DNA from: Octopus bimaculoides | Taxonomy: Eukaryota | Reading direction: 5' to 3' | DNA length: 64,000 bases | Assembly (NCBI RefSeq): GCF_001194135.2 | Contig: NC_068995.1 | Span: 10,845,652-10,909,651 of the forward strand | In this document: piece after piece, positions 53,171 through 64,000 of the stretch | Layout: every line of letters starts with the position of its first letter | Numbering within the stretch: position 1 is the first letter of the stretch | Notes under the pieces: model-generated | Databases searched by the model: none | What the model saw: the letters and a program-made list of their open reading frames with translations, nothing else | What the model was told of the DNA's origin: nothing | Position numbers and translations under genes: made by a program

Positions 53171-54295
53171 TAGACAGTTAATTCTATCAGTAAATATTTA
53201 TACAACACACAAAGGCCGAGGAGACATAGGAAATGGTACAATTTGGAGAGAAGATATTCTATTGAAACAAACTTTCTAAGAAAATATCACTGAATTTTCT
53301 GAGACTACGATAACAGAATTTTCTGGAAATATTACAGTGATGATATAGACACAAGAATGGTGGTCTGTGTTAGCATTATGAGATAAGAGAGAACAAAAGA
53401 GGAGAAATGTTAGGGTGCTGTTTAATGAAGTTGAATATTATGTTTCTGGCAAACAAAATATTAATCTCTACTTCAGCATAGAAAGTACAGGCCCTACAAA
53501 CACATATGCCCACTCCCTAAATAAACAAATAAGGGAACCCAAAAAGTTAAAAATTATCAGCCAAATTTTTCCCTTCAAATCACTCCCAACCATCTTAAAT
53601 GAGGAAGAATATATTAGATCAGGTTTTTCCCAAAATGGGTTCCGTGAGAAAATTTTTCTGGGGTTTAAAAATATATTTGAAACCTGGAATTTACCATCAG
53701 TTTTACAGTAATAAGTCAATGTCGTTGTTGTTATCATTATTTAACATCCATTTCCTAAGATATCATAGGTTGGCCAGTTTGACAGGATGTGGCAAGTTGC
53801 AGGGCTGTGTTGAGCTCCACTATCAGCTTTGAGATGGTTTCTACAGCTAGATGCCCACCCTGATGCCAACTACTTTACAGTATGTAACCAGGTGCTTTAT
53901 TTCATGCCACTGGTACTAGTGAGGTCACCAAATAAGTTACAAGATAAGAAAAGAAGAGCGTAAAAGACCCCATCACTAAGTGAGGGGAGTATTTGGGAGT
54001 GGAAGTGGGTTTATGCCAGGTATTGAGAGGGTAAAATATAAAGGGACATCAAAAAAATTCTCTCTCCACAAAATATTTTATTTCATTTAATGTCTTAATT
54101 GAATTAATCATGCATTATCTCAAAGCTACAAGATTTCTATGATATGATTGATTATTTTTAGAACGGCATTGTAGGGTAAGTGTAAGAGGTCAGATCTGGT
54201 TGGTCTGAATGTAAAACAGGTTAAATATTTTGGTTGGATAGACCCGGTTTAAAGACTAAAGGTTTAAAGCCTTTTGATACTGACTGGCCTAGGAC

Positions 54296-54456
54296 TGCAG
54301 GAGTGGCTGTGTGGTAAGTAGCTTGCTTACCAACCACATGGTTCTGGGTTCAGTCCCACTGCGTGACACCTTGGGCAAGTGTCTTCTACTATAGCTTTGG
54401 GCCGACCAAAGCCTTGTGAGAGGATTTGGTAGGCGGAAACTGAAAGAAGCACGTCG

Positions 54457-54489
<33 letters not shown>

Positions 54490-54708
54490 CTGTGTGTGTG
54501 TGTGTGTGTGTTTGTCCTACCAACATTACTTGACAACTGATGCTAGTGTGTTTATGTCCCCGTAACTAAGCAGTTCGGCAGAAGAGACCGATAGAATAAG
54601 TACTAGGCTTACAAAGAATAAGTCCTGGTGGGGTGATTTGCTCAACTAAAGGTGGTGCTCCAGCATGGCCGCAGCCGAATGACTGAAACAAATAAAAGAA
54701 TAAAAGAA
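54296..54708 (+). mobile_element. SINE family B, full length
   Basis: GCAGGAGTGGCTGTGTGGTAAG (A-box-like)...GGGTTCAGTCCC (B-box-like)...internal (TA)(TG)n...ends AATAAAAGAATAAAAGAA. Confidence 0.92.
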
Positions 54709-55540
54709 CGGTAACAAGAGGGTTAGAATTAGAATAATGACTTTTTTTTTTGTAAAATATAAATATTGTTTCTGTGATTCTGTGATTGTTCCCAAAAATT
54801 TTTGGGAAATTCTATAGGGGTTCTATGACACCTTTAAAATTATAAAAGGATTCCATAATTTTTTGTTTTCAAATCTCATAATTTGTATAAGGATTTTTAT
54901 GACTTTTTTGGAAAATTGAATAAGGATTTTGCGATGGTCTTTTTTGAAGAATTCTGCAATAAAATAAGTTTGACAACCATTACATTAATTAATGATATGT
55001 CCAGATACAGGACATATCATTAATTAATGATATGTCCAGATACAGGACAGAGAAAACACAATACAGATGGTCACATCTGGAATGCCTTTCATGAGATCAG
55101 AGGCTTGCTCGATCTAATCTAAGCTGACCTGGGGCTACACATCAACAACACAATAACAACAACAACAATGGCATTCCAATCACCTCAAAATTGCAGGAAA
55201 TGACTTTTATGGGAAAATGTAAATATTTGTCTCTGCACAAATATTTGTAGAAGGAATGCAGTAAAGTTGATTAGTTTGACTTTATTCTATGGCCAACCCG
55301 ACCCATCCGAGCCCAGCCCTGACGATTATTGGTCTTTATCCAGTTAATTAAATACAAATATGTTCCAGGCAGAATTTGAACTATGGAACATAGAAGGATG
55401 GAACTAATTATGGGAAAGCTAATTATTCCAGTTCATTCACCATAATTTTAATCCATTGGATCTGACCAATTAGATAAATAGTAAACAATGTATGTTTAAT
55501 TAATGGCTGCTTGAAATGCTACCATCTAATCCTACATTGC

Positions 55541-55580
<40 letters not shown>

Positions 55581-56264
55581 CACAGATACACAAACACACA
55601 CACACTCACATACACACACAAACACACACACAGTGACATAGAGTGTAGATATGTATATGACCCTTTATAGGACAAATAAAAGCAAAATCTCTCACTTTCT
55701 CCCTCACACGCATATCACTGTATCAACAGATGTAGTTACACATTGCTAGTTACAGTGCACTTCCTCACACTGCTGTAGCTTTCAAATGATACAACCCGAC
55801 TAGCTAGGTGAGCAGGCCAGCACTATACTGGAATGGAATGCCAGTCCAGTGTAGGGTTACCCATCAACAGCTGAGTAAAAATACAGAGGTTACCTTTTCG
55901 AGTCTTGCTGACTAATAAGGGCCAGTTTCCTGGTTTCCATGGAATATAAATTCCCCCACCTAGACTGGACACTGGTCTGTGGCAGGATTACTCATTTTTG
56001 CCAGCTGAGTGAACTGGAGCAACGTGAAATGAATTGTTTTACTCAAGAACACAACGTATTGCCTGGTCCAGGAATCGAAACTACAATCTTATGATCATAG
56101 GACTGATGCAATCAACTAGTCCTCTCCCACCAAATTTCAGGTCTTGTGCTTTTAGTAGAAAAGATTATTAACATTATAATTATATATATATATATATATA
56201 TATGAGTCGCCATGATAGGTCGCTAGCCACTAAACCATTTTAACTTTCTCTCTCTGTTTATTTC

Positions 56265-56554
56265 TGGAGGATAATATGCTGAACCCAACTACTTGCAGAC
56301 AGTGTATCCCGTTGAATTCATTAATTTAATTCATAGCTAAAGTGACAAAAAAAAAAATCCCCACAAAGTACAGGTGTTTATGACAAACCATGTTATTTTG
56401 CCAACCGGGTTTACAGATAGAAGTACAAAGTACATAAGGAATTAGAGAATGAACAGAAGTTTAATCTTACAGCTGTTTCGACCTAGCTTTGGCATGCCCC
56501 ATTCTATCCGAACAGTTCTTGCCGGAGTGATTATCGGATGAAATGTTGAAATGG

Positions 56555-56555
<1 letters not shown>
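56265..56555 (-). mobile_element. second copy of the 26745-27060 element; 3' half of HHR only
   Basis: GGUC-GAAA-CAGCUG-UA/AGAUU at 56463-56483; truncated by (TA)n before any CUGA. Confidence 0.6.
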
Positions 56556-56602
<47 letters not shown>

Positions 56603-57511
56603 AGACTTGAATAAAAATTCAGTTGGAAATAGGACAAAGATAACGTTATATGAGAGAGTAAATAGCAATAAAAAACTTGGTAGAAATGAATTTGATTTTA
56701 CCACGAATGATTAAATTAATACTAAATCTGAGAGAAATATAAAACATTATCTTTGCAATTGTTCTAAATGGGACTCCTGTTATGTGAATAATAAATGTAA
56801 AACTAAAAATGTAACACATAGATGTAAAGTTATATCTGAGGGAAATGAATAGTTTTACATCAATGCAACTGCACTTAGTTCCAAAAAGAGACTGGCTAAT
56901 CACTTAAGTTCATTCAGTAATAAATATAAAGGATTCCAAACAAGTCTAAGTAAATTAGTCTGGTCTATTAAAGACAGAAACAAAGACTATACTATTAACT
57001 GGGAATTAATTAGTACTGCAGAAACATACAGACCTGGAACTAATAAATGTGATTTATGTTTAGAAGAATTTTACTATATTTTTACATCTAACGGTAATAT
57101 AATAAGCTCTGGACAGGAACAAGCTTTGAGATGCTTGCACATGAGAAAATTCACTTTTGCTCAGAATAAATGAGTAATAAACATCTAAACAACAGAAAGT
57201 TTTGAAATAATGGGCTATGAATGATTATCCAATCAAAATTTGAATTGAAGATAGTTTGCAGCTAAATTAATGAACAACTCCACATCATGCAATGCAGAGT
57301 ACATAAACGAAAAACTTTAAATAGTTGAATCAAACGATATTAAAGTGAAGACCCTGAAGAAACTGCACCAGTATTATAATAGGGCTGCAACTGCAACAGT
57401 TACTAATCAATGCAGTTGAAACACGTGTAGGTCTAAGTGAAGCTGTGTATATATAAAAAGGAATTAAAGGTGATACTTTGCCACTTCGTAATAATCCTTA
57501 TTATTAGTATT

Positions 57512-57598
<87 letters not shown>

Positions 57599-57691
57599 GT
57601 AAATGAAGATATTTCCTTTAATTTGGTGCTTTTCTTTCTATGAAATGAGAAGATACATTGCAGAACTGTTATTTTAAATGAGTTGTGTCTA

Positions 57692-57803
57692 TTTATCACC
57701 TGATGAGACACACCTGCACCATCAGGTGCTCCTGAACTAGTTGTTGAGTGTCCTACCTGTGAGGGATCGATGCTAGATGTGCCGAAACAATTGTTGTGAT
57801 TAA
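57692..57803 (+). ncRNA. type I hammerhead ribozyme motif with long branched stem II, inside a ~250-bp element between (TA)n tracts
   Basis: AUCAC-CUGAUGA-GACACA...(~65 nt)...UGUGCC-GAAA-CAAUUG-UU/GUGAU; palindromic stem III ACAAUUGU. Confidence 0.75.
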
Positions 57804-58438
57804 TAATAAATTCTCGTATATTTCATCTTCTGTCTTTCATTCACCATATATATATATATATATATATAGACATGATGGACTTTATACAGTTTCTATCTAT
57901 CAAATTCTTTCAGAAGGTACTTGCTGATTGGCATAAGATGATATCAGAAGACACTTGTGCAATGTGTCATGCAGTGGGACTGAACCCTAAACCACAGGGT
58001 TGTAGATCTCCTGTTGACAGCTGACAATTTCAGTATACTCTATACAAGCTCTATATAATATCTAATTATCTTTAAACATATAAATGTTTATATTTCTCAT
58101 AACACATCATGTTGCCTTTCCATTAAGTAGTTTATATGATTGTGCGAGTGTATGGCATATGTATGTGTGTGAGAGAGAGAGGAAGAAAGACGGGGAGAGA
58201 GAGAGAGAGAGAGAAAGAAAGAAAGAGAGCATGTGAATGTGTTATGATCATAATTCTGAGTGTGTAGGAAAAGGTCAATGAATACAGGTGACAAAATTTA
58301 GTTTGTGTGTACGTGTGTGTGTAAATAGTAAAAATAAACTGACATTAATGTATTTGCGGAGCAAAATGAAATTAATTTTATGAGCGTTCAAGTTGTGAAT
58401 CAGCGACATGATCAAAATTGGAGTGGAACATAATTAAA

Positions 58439-58471
<33 letters not shown>

Positions 58472-59329
58472 AGCACACATGTACACACACACGCACATTA
58501 TCATCATCAGCATTTTAATGTCCACTTTTCCATGCTGGCATGAACCTGTGGAAGTTCATTGAGGCAGACTTTTCCTTGGTTGGATGCTCTTCCGGTTATT
58601 TCATAAATGAGGTAGAGGAGAAGAAAAAAGTGTGTGTGTGTGTGCATGTGTAATATATAGGTCTGGCGATACAAACAGGAAAACAAAACTCAAAATATAA
58701 GTATATATATATATATATACATATGTTTCAATTATAAGTTGACAGAAGTTACAGAGTGACTCAGGGACCAAAACCTTATATACACAAACAAGCACACACA
58801 CACAGACATACCTATACACACACCAACACTAACACACATACACATACATACACACAGCCATGCATGCACATATACAGATAGATCTAGCTAAGAAGGAAGC
58901 GTCTACATGCTTGCTCAACTTGCTAGACATAGCAATTAAATCTCCATCAAAATCACACTGCGTCATCAAAACAGAATTAGGAAGAAACTGAATAATGGAC
59001 TTCCAGATACATTACAGCATTGTATGTATGTATGTATGTATATATGTATGTATGTATGTATGTGTTTAGTTGTATATATGTCACATGATTTTATATTTGA
59101 TTTTTACTGTAAAAAACTGGGTTGCATCTTAGACACAGGGCAAGCATGATATCAAGTTTGAATATGAAGGGAAAACATTGTGCACCAAGATTTAGCTCTA
59201 AATTAGAGCTGTTACTCATATATAAGTGCAATTTATGCAAGAATAAATACCTCACTACATATCTATTTTTCTATCTTTCTGTAGGTCTGTCTGTCTATCT
59301 GTCTATCTATCTCTCTCTATCTATCTATT

Positions 59330-59737
59330 TATACTCTTTACTCTTTTACTTGTTTCAGTCATTTGACTGTGGCCATGCTGGAGCACCACCTTTAGTCGAG
59401 CAAATCGACCCCAGGACTTATTTTTTGTAAACCTAGTACTTATTCTATCGGTTCCTTTTGCTAAACTGCTAAATTACAGGGACGTAAGCACGCCAGCATC
59501 GGTTGTCTAGCGATGTTGGGGGGACAAACACAGATACACAAACATATACACACATACATATGTATGTATGTACATATATATATACAACGGACTTCTTTCA
59601 GTTTCTGTCTACCAAATCCACTCTCAAGGCTTTGGTCGGCCCAAGGCTATAGTAGAAGACACTTACCCAAGGTGCCATGCAGTGGGACTGAACCCGGAAC
59701 CATGTGGTTCGTAAGCAAGCTACTTACCACACAGCCA
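59330..59737 (-). mobile_element. SINE family B, full length
   Basis: Reverse complement of 54296-54708 at high identity. Confidence 0.92.
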
Positions 59738-59837
59738 ACCACTGTTGTGGTTAATGATTTAAGCCTGTTTATTCCATCTTCCTGTTTTGTAAATTTACTC
59801 CTGGTGGTTTGCTGTGCATGAAAAGACACTTCCAAGC

Positions 59838-60150
59838 TAAGTAAAAGCATGGTTGCCCTTGCATACAGGCTTGTCCCTTGTGACCCTCTCCAGTTGAGCA
59901 TCCCTAATTTTGTGACGGCACACGTTTTGTAAATGCTGGTGCCACATAAAAAGGGCCCATGCCAGTGTCGCATAAAAGCACCCAGTACACTCTGTTAATT
60001 GGTTGGCATTAGGAAGGGCATCCAGCCAATGGAAACCATGCCAAAACAGACGATTGGAGCCTGAACAGCTCTTCAGCTGGTCAGCTTCAGTCAAACCATC
60101 CAACCCATGCCAGCATGGAAAAGTGGACGTTGAATGATGATGATGATGAT
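59838..60150 (+). mobile_element. family C element
   Basis: CTGGTGCCACATAAAAAG...TAGGAAGGGCATCCAGCC...CCATGCCAGCATGGAAAAGTGGACGTTGAA(TGA)n. Confidence 0.82.
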
Positions 60151-60159
60151 GATGGTGGT

Positions 60160-60424
60160 GATATATAAGTATGTGTGTATATAAATAGACATGGCTGAAT
60201 CAAGGTGGTAATATTTTTGATCATAAGTGTACTAAACGAGTGCTGAGCCAGGGTTAAAGAAAAACAACAGCGATAATGATGACAATGACGATGATGATGA
60301 TGATATATAAGTATGTGTGTATATAAATAGACATGGCTGAATCAAGGCGGTAATGTTTTTGATTATAAGTGTACTAAATGAGAGCTGAGCCAGGGTTAAA
60401 GAAAAACAACAGCGATAATGATGA
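60160..60424. repeat. recent ~143-bp tandem duplication
   Basis: GATATATAAGTATGTGTG...AAAGAAAAACAACAGCGATAATGATGAC present twice with a few substitutions, joined by (GAT)n. Confidence 0.85.
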
Positions 60425-61833
60425 CGATGATGGTGACGACAACGATGATGATGATGATGATGCTGATGATGATGACAAGGATGATGACAGTGATGAGAAA
60501 TTTGCTGAACCCTAAATCCACAACTGTGAAGAAGCAGACGTGATGAAAAGATGAATAGATTTTACAGCGAAAGCAACAACTGCTAAGATGAATTGAACGA
60601 TGGTTAGTTAGAGTTGAATGACATAGGAATATAAAGAAAGACAGAGGAATAAAAACAGGAAAACAAGAAAAAAAAAAGACATATAAACAACGAAAAACAA
60701 AAAAAAAGCCAAACAAATATATATACAAAAAAAAAGGAACAAGAAAGGAAAGAGAAAAACATGGAAACCCCATCCTGAAGCAAAGATTTGTCAGACCATT
60801 AAAGGTTAAAGAGCTTTCAGACAAGTTGGAGTTTAGAAGAATAATCATTTGCGAAAGAGATAGCAATTAATTTGTACTTATTTAGATAAAGTACAATTTA
60901 GAACGGTAACACACCCCGAGACAACTCAACACCTGATCCACCCTCGTCCACCACCACCCCACCGCTGCTGCAAAGAAAGCGATTAATCATAAGATTCTGG
61001 TTAGAAATCGTAATTGTTTCGGTCGGGTGTTGTTCTCATAGAGTTACCTCCTCACCAGCGGCGGCTTACTCCCCAACCCTAACTCCACACTTGTTTGTTT
61101 GTTTGTTTTTTTTTGTTATCATTTTTATCGTTTTTTTTTTTAGTTTAGTTCTTCTCCCCTCCCCTCTCTTCCACCCCCTCATGTTAATATATTCCATTTT
61201 ACCTTCCTATCATGAATAGGATGGCTTACATAAAATTTTATGCAATGACTTATACTGCTGCTGTTACATTGTATAAGTTGTTGATTTTTGTTTAGTTATT
61301 TTTTCTTCTTTTTGTTTTATTTTTTTTCCTACCTTTTCCAGTTGGGTGCCTTTTTTTCTTTCTTTCCAATTGCTTAACCATTCAACTGTGAAGCAAAGAA
61401 CTGAACCTATAATCAACCTAACCTGACAAGCTGAATAAAGCAAAGTCGTGTTTGTATTTATGCAAATTTCTTTTTTCCTTTATACCTCTTAGTGAGGGAG
61501 GAAAGATCAGCACCTGTGATTCTTTTTTTCCTTTCATTCTTTTTCCACCGCTCTGAACGGTAGACTGCGGCCATGCTGGGGCATTGCCTTGAAGCGTTTA
61601 GTTGAACAAATCAACCCCAGGGCTTATTCTATCATTCTCTTTTTGCTGAACCACCAAGATATGGGAACACAAACAAACCAACACCTGTTGGCAAGCAGTG
61701 GTGCAGGACAAACACATACTTAAAAAGACACAAATACTCACATAGGTATGTACACATATACATATATGATAGACTTCTTTCAGTCTAACAATTCTGCCAG
61801 CTTGCTACCATAATAATGATGATGATGATGATA

Positions 61834-62055
61834 GAAAAAGTTGATAAATATGGAGACCTGAGAATTGAGATTGCTAAGTTGTGGCAGCTACGAGAATCGA
61901 ACATAAAGATTATCCCTATTGTCATCGGGGCATTGAGTTCAATAGCACCCAATCTGAAACGACATCTGAGAACCTTAGGGATTCTCTACAATCTGGATGT
62001 ATTGCAAAAGTCGGCATTACTTGGAACTGCATGCATATTGTGTATATGTCTATAA
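61834..62055 (+). mobile_element. 5'-truncated site-specific non-LTR retrotransposon 3' end (restriction-like endonuclease C-terminus, R4/Dong-like)
   Basis: EKVDKYGDLRIEIAKLW...IIPIVIGALSSIAPNLKRHL..L...LQKSALLGTACIL matches the EK..KY..L..W..VIPIVIGALG...LQK..LLG pattern; flanked by TAA/TGA triplet repeats. Confidence 0.75.
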
Positions 62056-62181
62056 TAATACTGCATAAATCTCTCTGAGAGATTTAGAAATGTATTATTT
62101 CTACTTTTGAAATCAATGAATGTATTTCATTAGAATTAGCCTTTCATCCTTTTGCGGGGTCGATATCAGAAGTAGATTTAA

Positions 62182-62397
62182 CCCTTTAGTATTCAGATTA
62201 CTCTGTCAAATATAATACTTATTTATTCACATTGTTTTGAATTAATTATACATTATCTTCTAGCTTTGAGGTTTCGATTAAGTGATTGCTTAATTTTAGG
62301 ATGACATTGTAGGATAGGTGTAAGAGGCCAGATCTGGCCAGTTTGAACATAAAACAGAATATATAGGCTGGATATGGCCGGTTTAAAAGCCAAAGGT
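62182..62397. mobile_element. piggyBac-type MITE family 1, full length
   Basis: TTAA|CCCTTTAG ... CCAAAGGT|TTAA. Confidence 0.8.
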
Positions 62398-62637
62398 TTA
62401 AGTCAGTGAGTTCGTAAAATCTTTAGCATGCTGTACGTTCTCAGTTCAAATGTGGCCAGGGTCAACTTTGATCTTTCTCCTTTCGGGGACGATAAAATGA
62501 ACACCAGTCGAGTACTGTGGCTGATGTAATCGACTTATACCCTTCCCTGAAATTGCTGGCCTTGCGCCGAAATTTGAAACCAATATTAGAAATAGATGTT
62601 TTTGGAGTAAAGATTGTTTGCCAACATAACATGGCAG

Positions 62638-62815
62638 TCCTGGTTTCGGACAAATGTTCCTGTAATTTAACCCCAGGAGACATCGTCTCCAGCTAGCTAT
62701 ACGACATGATCTGTGTTCTTGTTCGAAAATATAAGGACACAGATCATGTCATATAGCTAGCCAGAGACGATGTCTCCTGGGTTTAAATTACAGCAACATT
62801 CGTCCTAAACCAGGA
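62638..62815. repeat. long near-perfect inverted repeat (83-bp arms, 12-nt loop)
   Basis: TCCTGGTTTCGGAC...GATCTGTGTTCTT | GTTCGAAAATAT | AAGGACACAGATC...GTCCTAAACCAGGA. Confidence 0.9.
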
Positions 62816-63604
62816 TAGATTTTTTTTGTTGTAAGGAATATAACTCATATGCATCAGGCAAGGGGTTCTTTCTGCCTCCTAAATATTTGGCTTCTATATT
62901 TCTTCATCTTTCTTCCTGGCATAAAATCCATTCTATAGTTTCAACTCTTTCTATTTCATAAACTACATTTATATATATATATATATTTTTTTTCCTTTTC
63001 TTCTCCTTTTATAATGGTGTGGACATTTTATTAGCTTATTTCATTTATAATGTTAATTCTTCGACAACAAAGGTGGCATTTATTAAGTAGCTTCAGTTAA
63101 GTAATTAGTTCTAAAATTAAAAGTACTATATACTTGATTAAACTCAAGCTGCTATCAGTTCAGCTCTACTATATTCATATATGCTACATCAGAGTGTCTT
63201 GAGATTCTTCAGTTCAGGAAATATTCTCTAGATTAATTAATGGTTAACATTTCTATCAATATATCTTATAAATGAATGATGGAATGGTGTGAGAGATGGG
63301 AGACGGCAAGAGAGAAAGAGAGAGAGAAAGAGGGGGGAGACAGAGAGAGAAAGAGAAGATAGAGAAACAAGTTATGTGCTTTATGGTATTAACAAGGTTG
63401 AATAGTTAAGATATTTGCTTTGTAAATGTGAGGTCCTAGGTTCAAACCCTCTATGGAATTGATCCTTTGTTACCATGGTCTCAGTTTGATCCAAACTTTG
63501 AGTGAAACTGGAAAGGTGGGGAAAAATATGGAAACCTGATGGATTCATCATCATCATCAGTGTTGTCATTGTCGTTGTTGTTTTTGTTGTTGCCATTATC
63601 GTCG

Positions 63605-63850
63605 TAGTCCTTGAGCAAGACACTTTATTTCATGTAGCTCCAGTTCACTCAGCTGTAGAAATAAGTTATGACATCACTGGTGCCAAGTTGCATCAGCCTT
63701 TGTCTTTCTCTTGGATAACATTGGTGGCGTGGAGAAGGGAAGCTGGTATGCATGGGCAACTGCTGGTCTTCCATAAACAACCTTGCCCCGACTTGTGCCT
63801 CGGAGGGTAACTTTCTTGGTGTAGTCCCATGCTCATTCATTTTTTTACCC
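63605..63850 (+). mobile_element. SINE family D body
   Basis: TCCTTGAGCAAGACACTTTATTTCA..GCTCCAGTTCACTCAGCTG (core shared with family E) with a different tail. Confidence 0.7.
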
Positions 63851-64000
63851 TTTACATCTATATCATGTATGTTTTCTTGAGCATGTTACTTAACTCACCT
63901 TGACTGATGAAAAAAAACAGGCTGCATTTTTACATAAGTAGTGAACAACAGGAAGGGTAACCAACTGTCTGTGTGTTTGTCTGTCTGTCTGTCTGTCTGT

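Noticed and set aside
53415-53711. 98-aa non-repetitive ORF
   Set aside because: No recognisable domain or splice support; within chance expectation

Overview
AT-rich, repeat-dense eukaryotic (metazoan) scaffold segment with 18 N-gaps (about 5.4 kb), most of which start or end in (TA)n/(CA)n tracts. The repeat families look like those of Octopus (coleoid cephalopod); this is an inference from sequence recognition, not a database hit. No intact protein-coding gene is supported. Most ORFs in the supplied track are microsatellite or N artefacts. Only short candidate exons (low confidence) and decayed LINE fragments (RTE-type RT and C-terminus; R4/Dong-type RLE C-terminus) are visible. The window is packed with tRNA-derived SINEs (labelled here A, B, D, E), RTE-tail elements (C), and piggyBac-, Tc1/mariner- and hAT-type MITEs. 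The most interesting signal is a set of about 10 type I hammerhead-ribozyme (HHR) motifs (stem I - CUGANGA - stem II - GAAAC..GUH - stem I). They lie in several unrelated 150-300 bp non-coding elements, most of which sit in or beside (TA)n microsatellites, resembling Penelope-like pLTR/retrozyme remnants. They include (i) a tRNA-headed SINE carrying an intact-core HHR, (ii) HHRs with 70-85 nt extended stem II, and (iii) a recurrent CUGUUGA (A6U) core variant.
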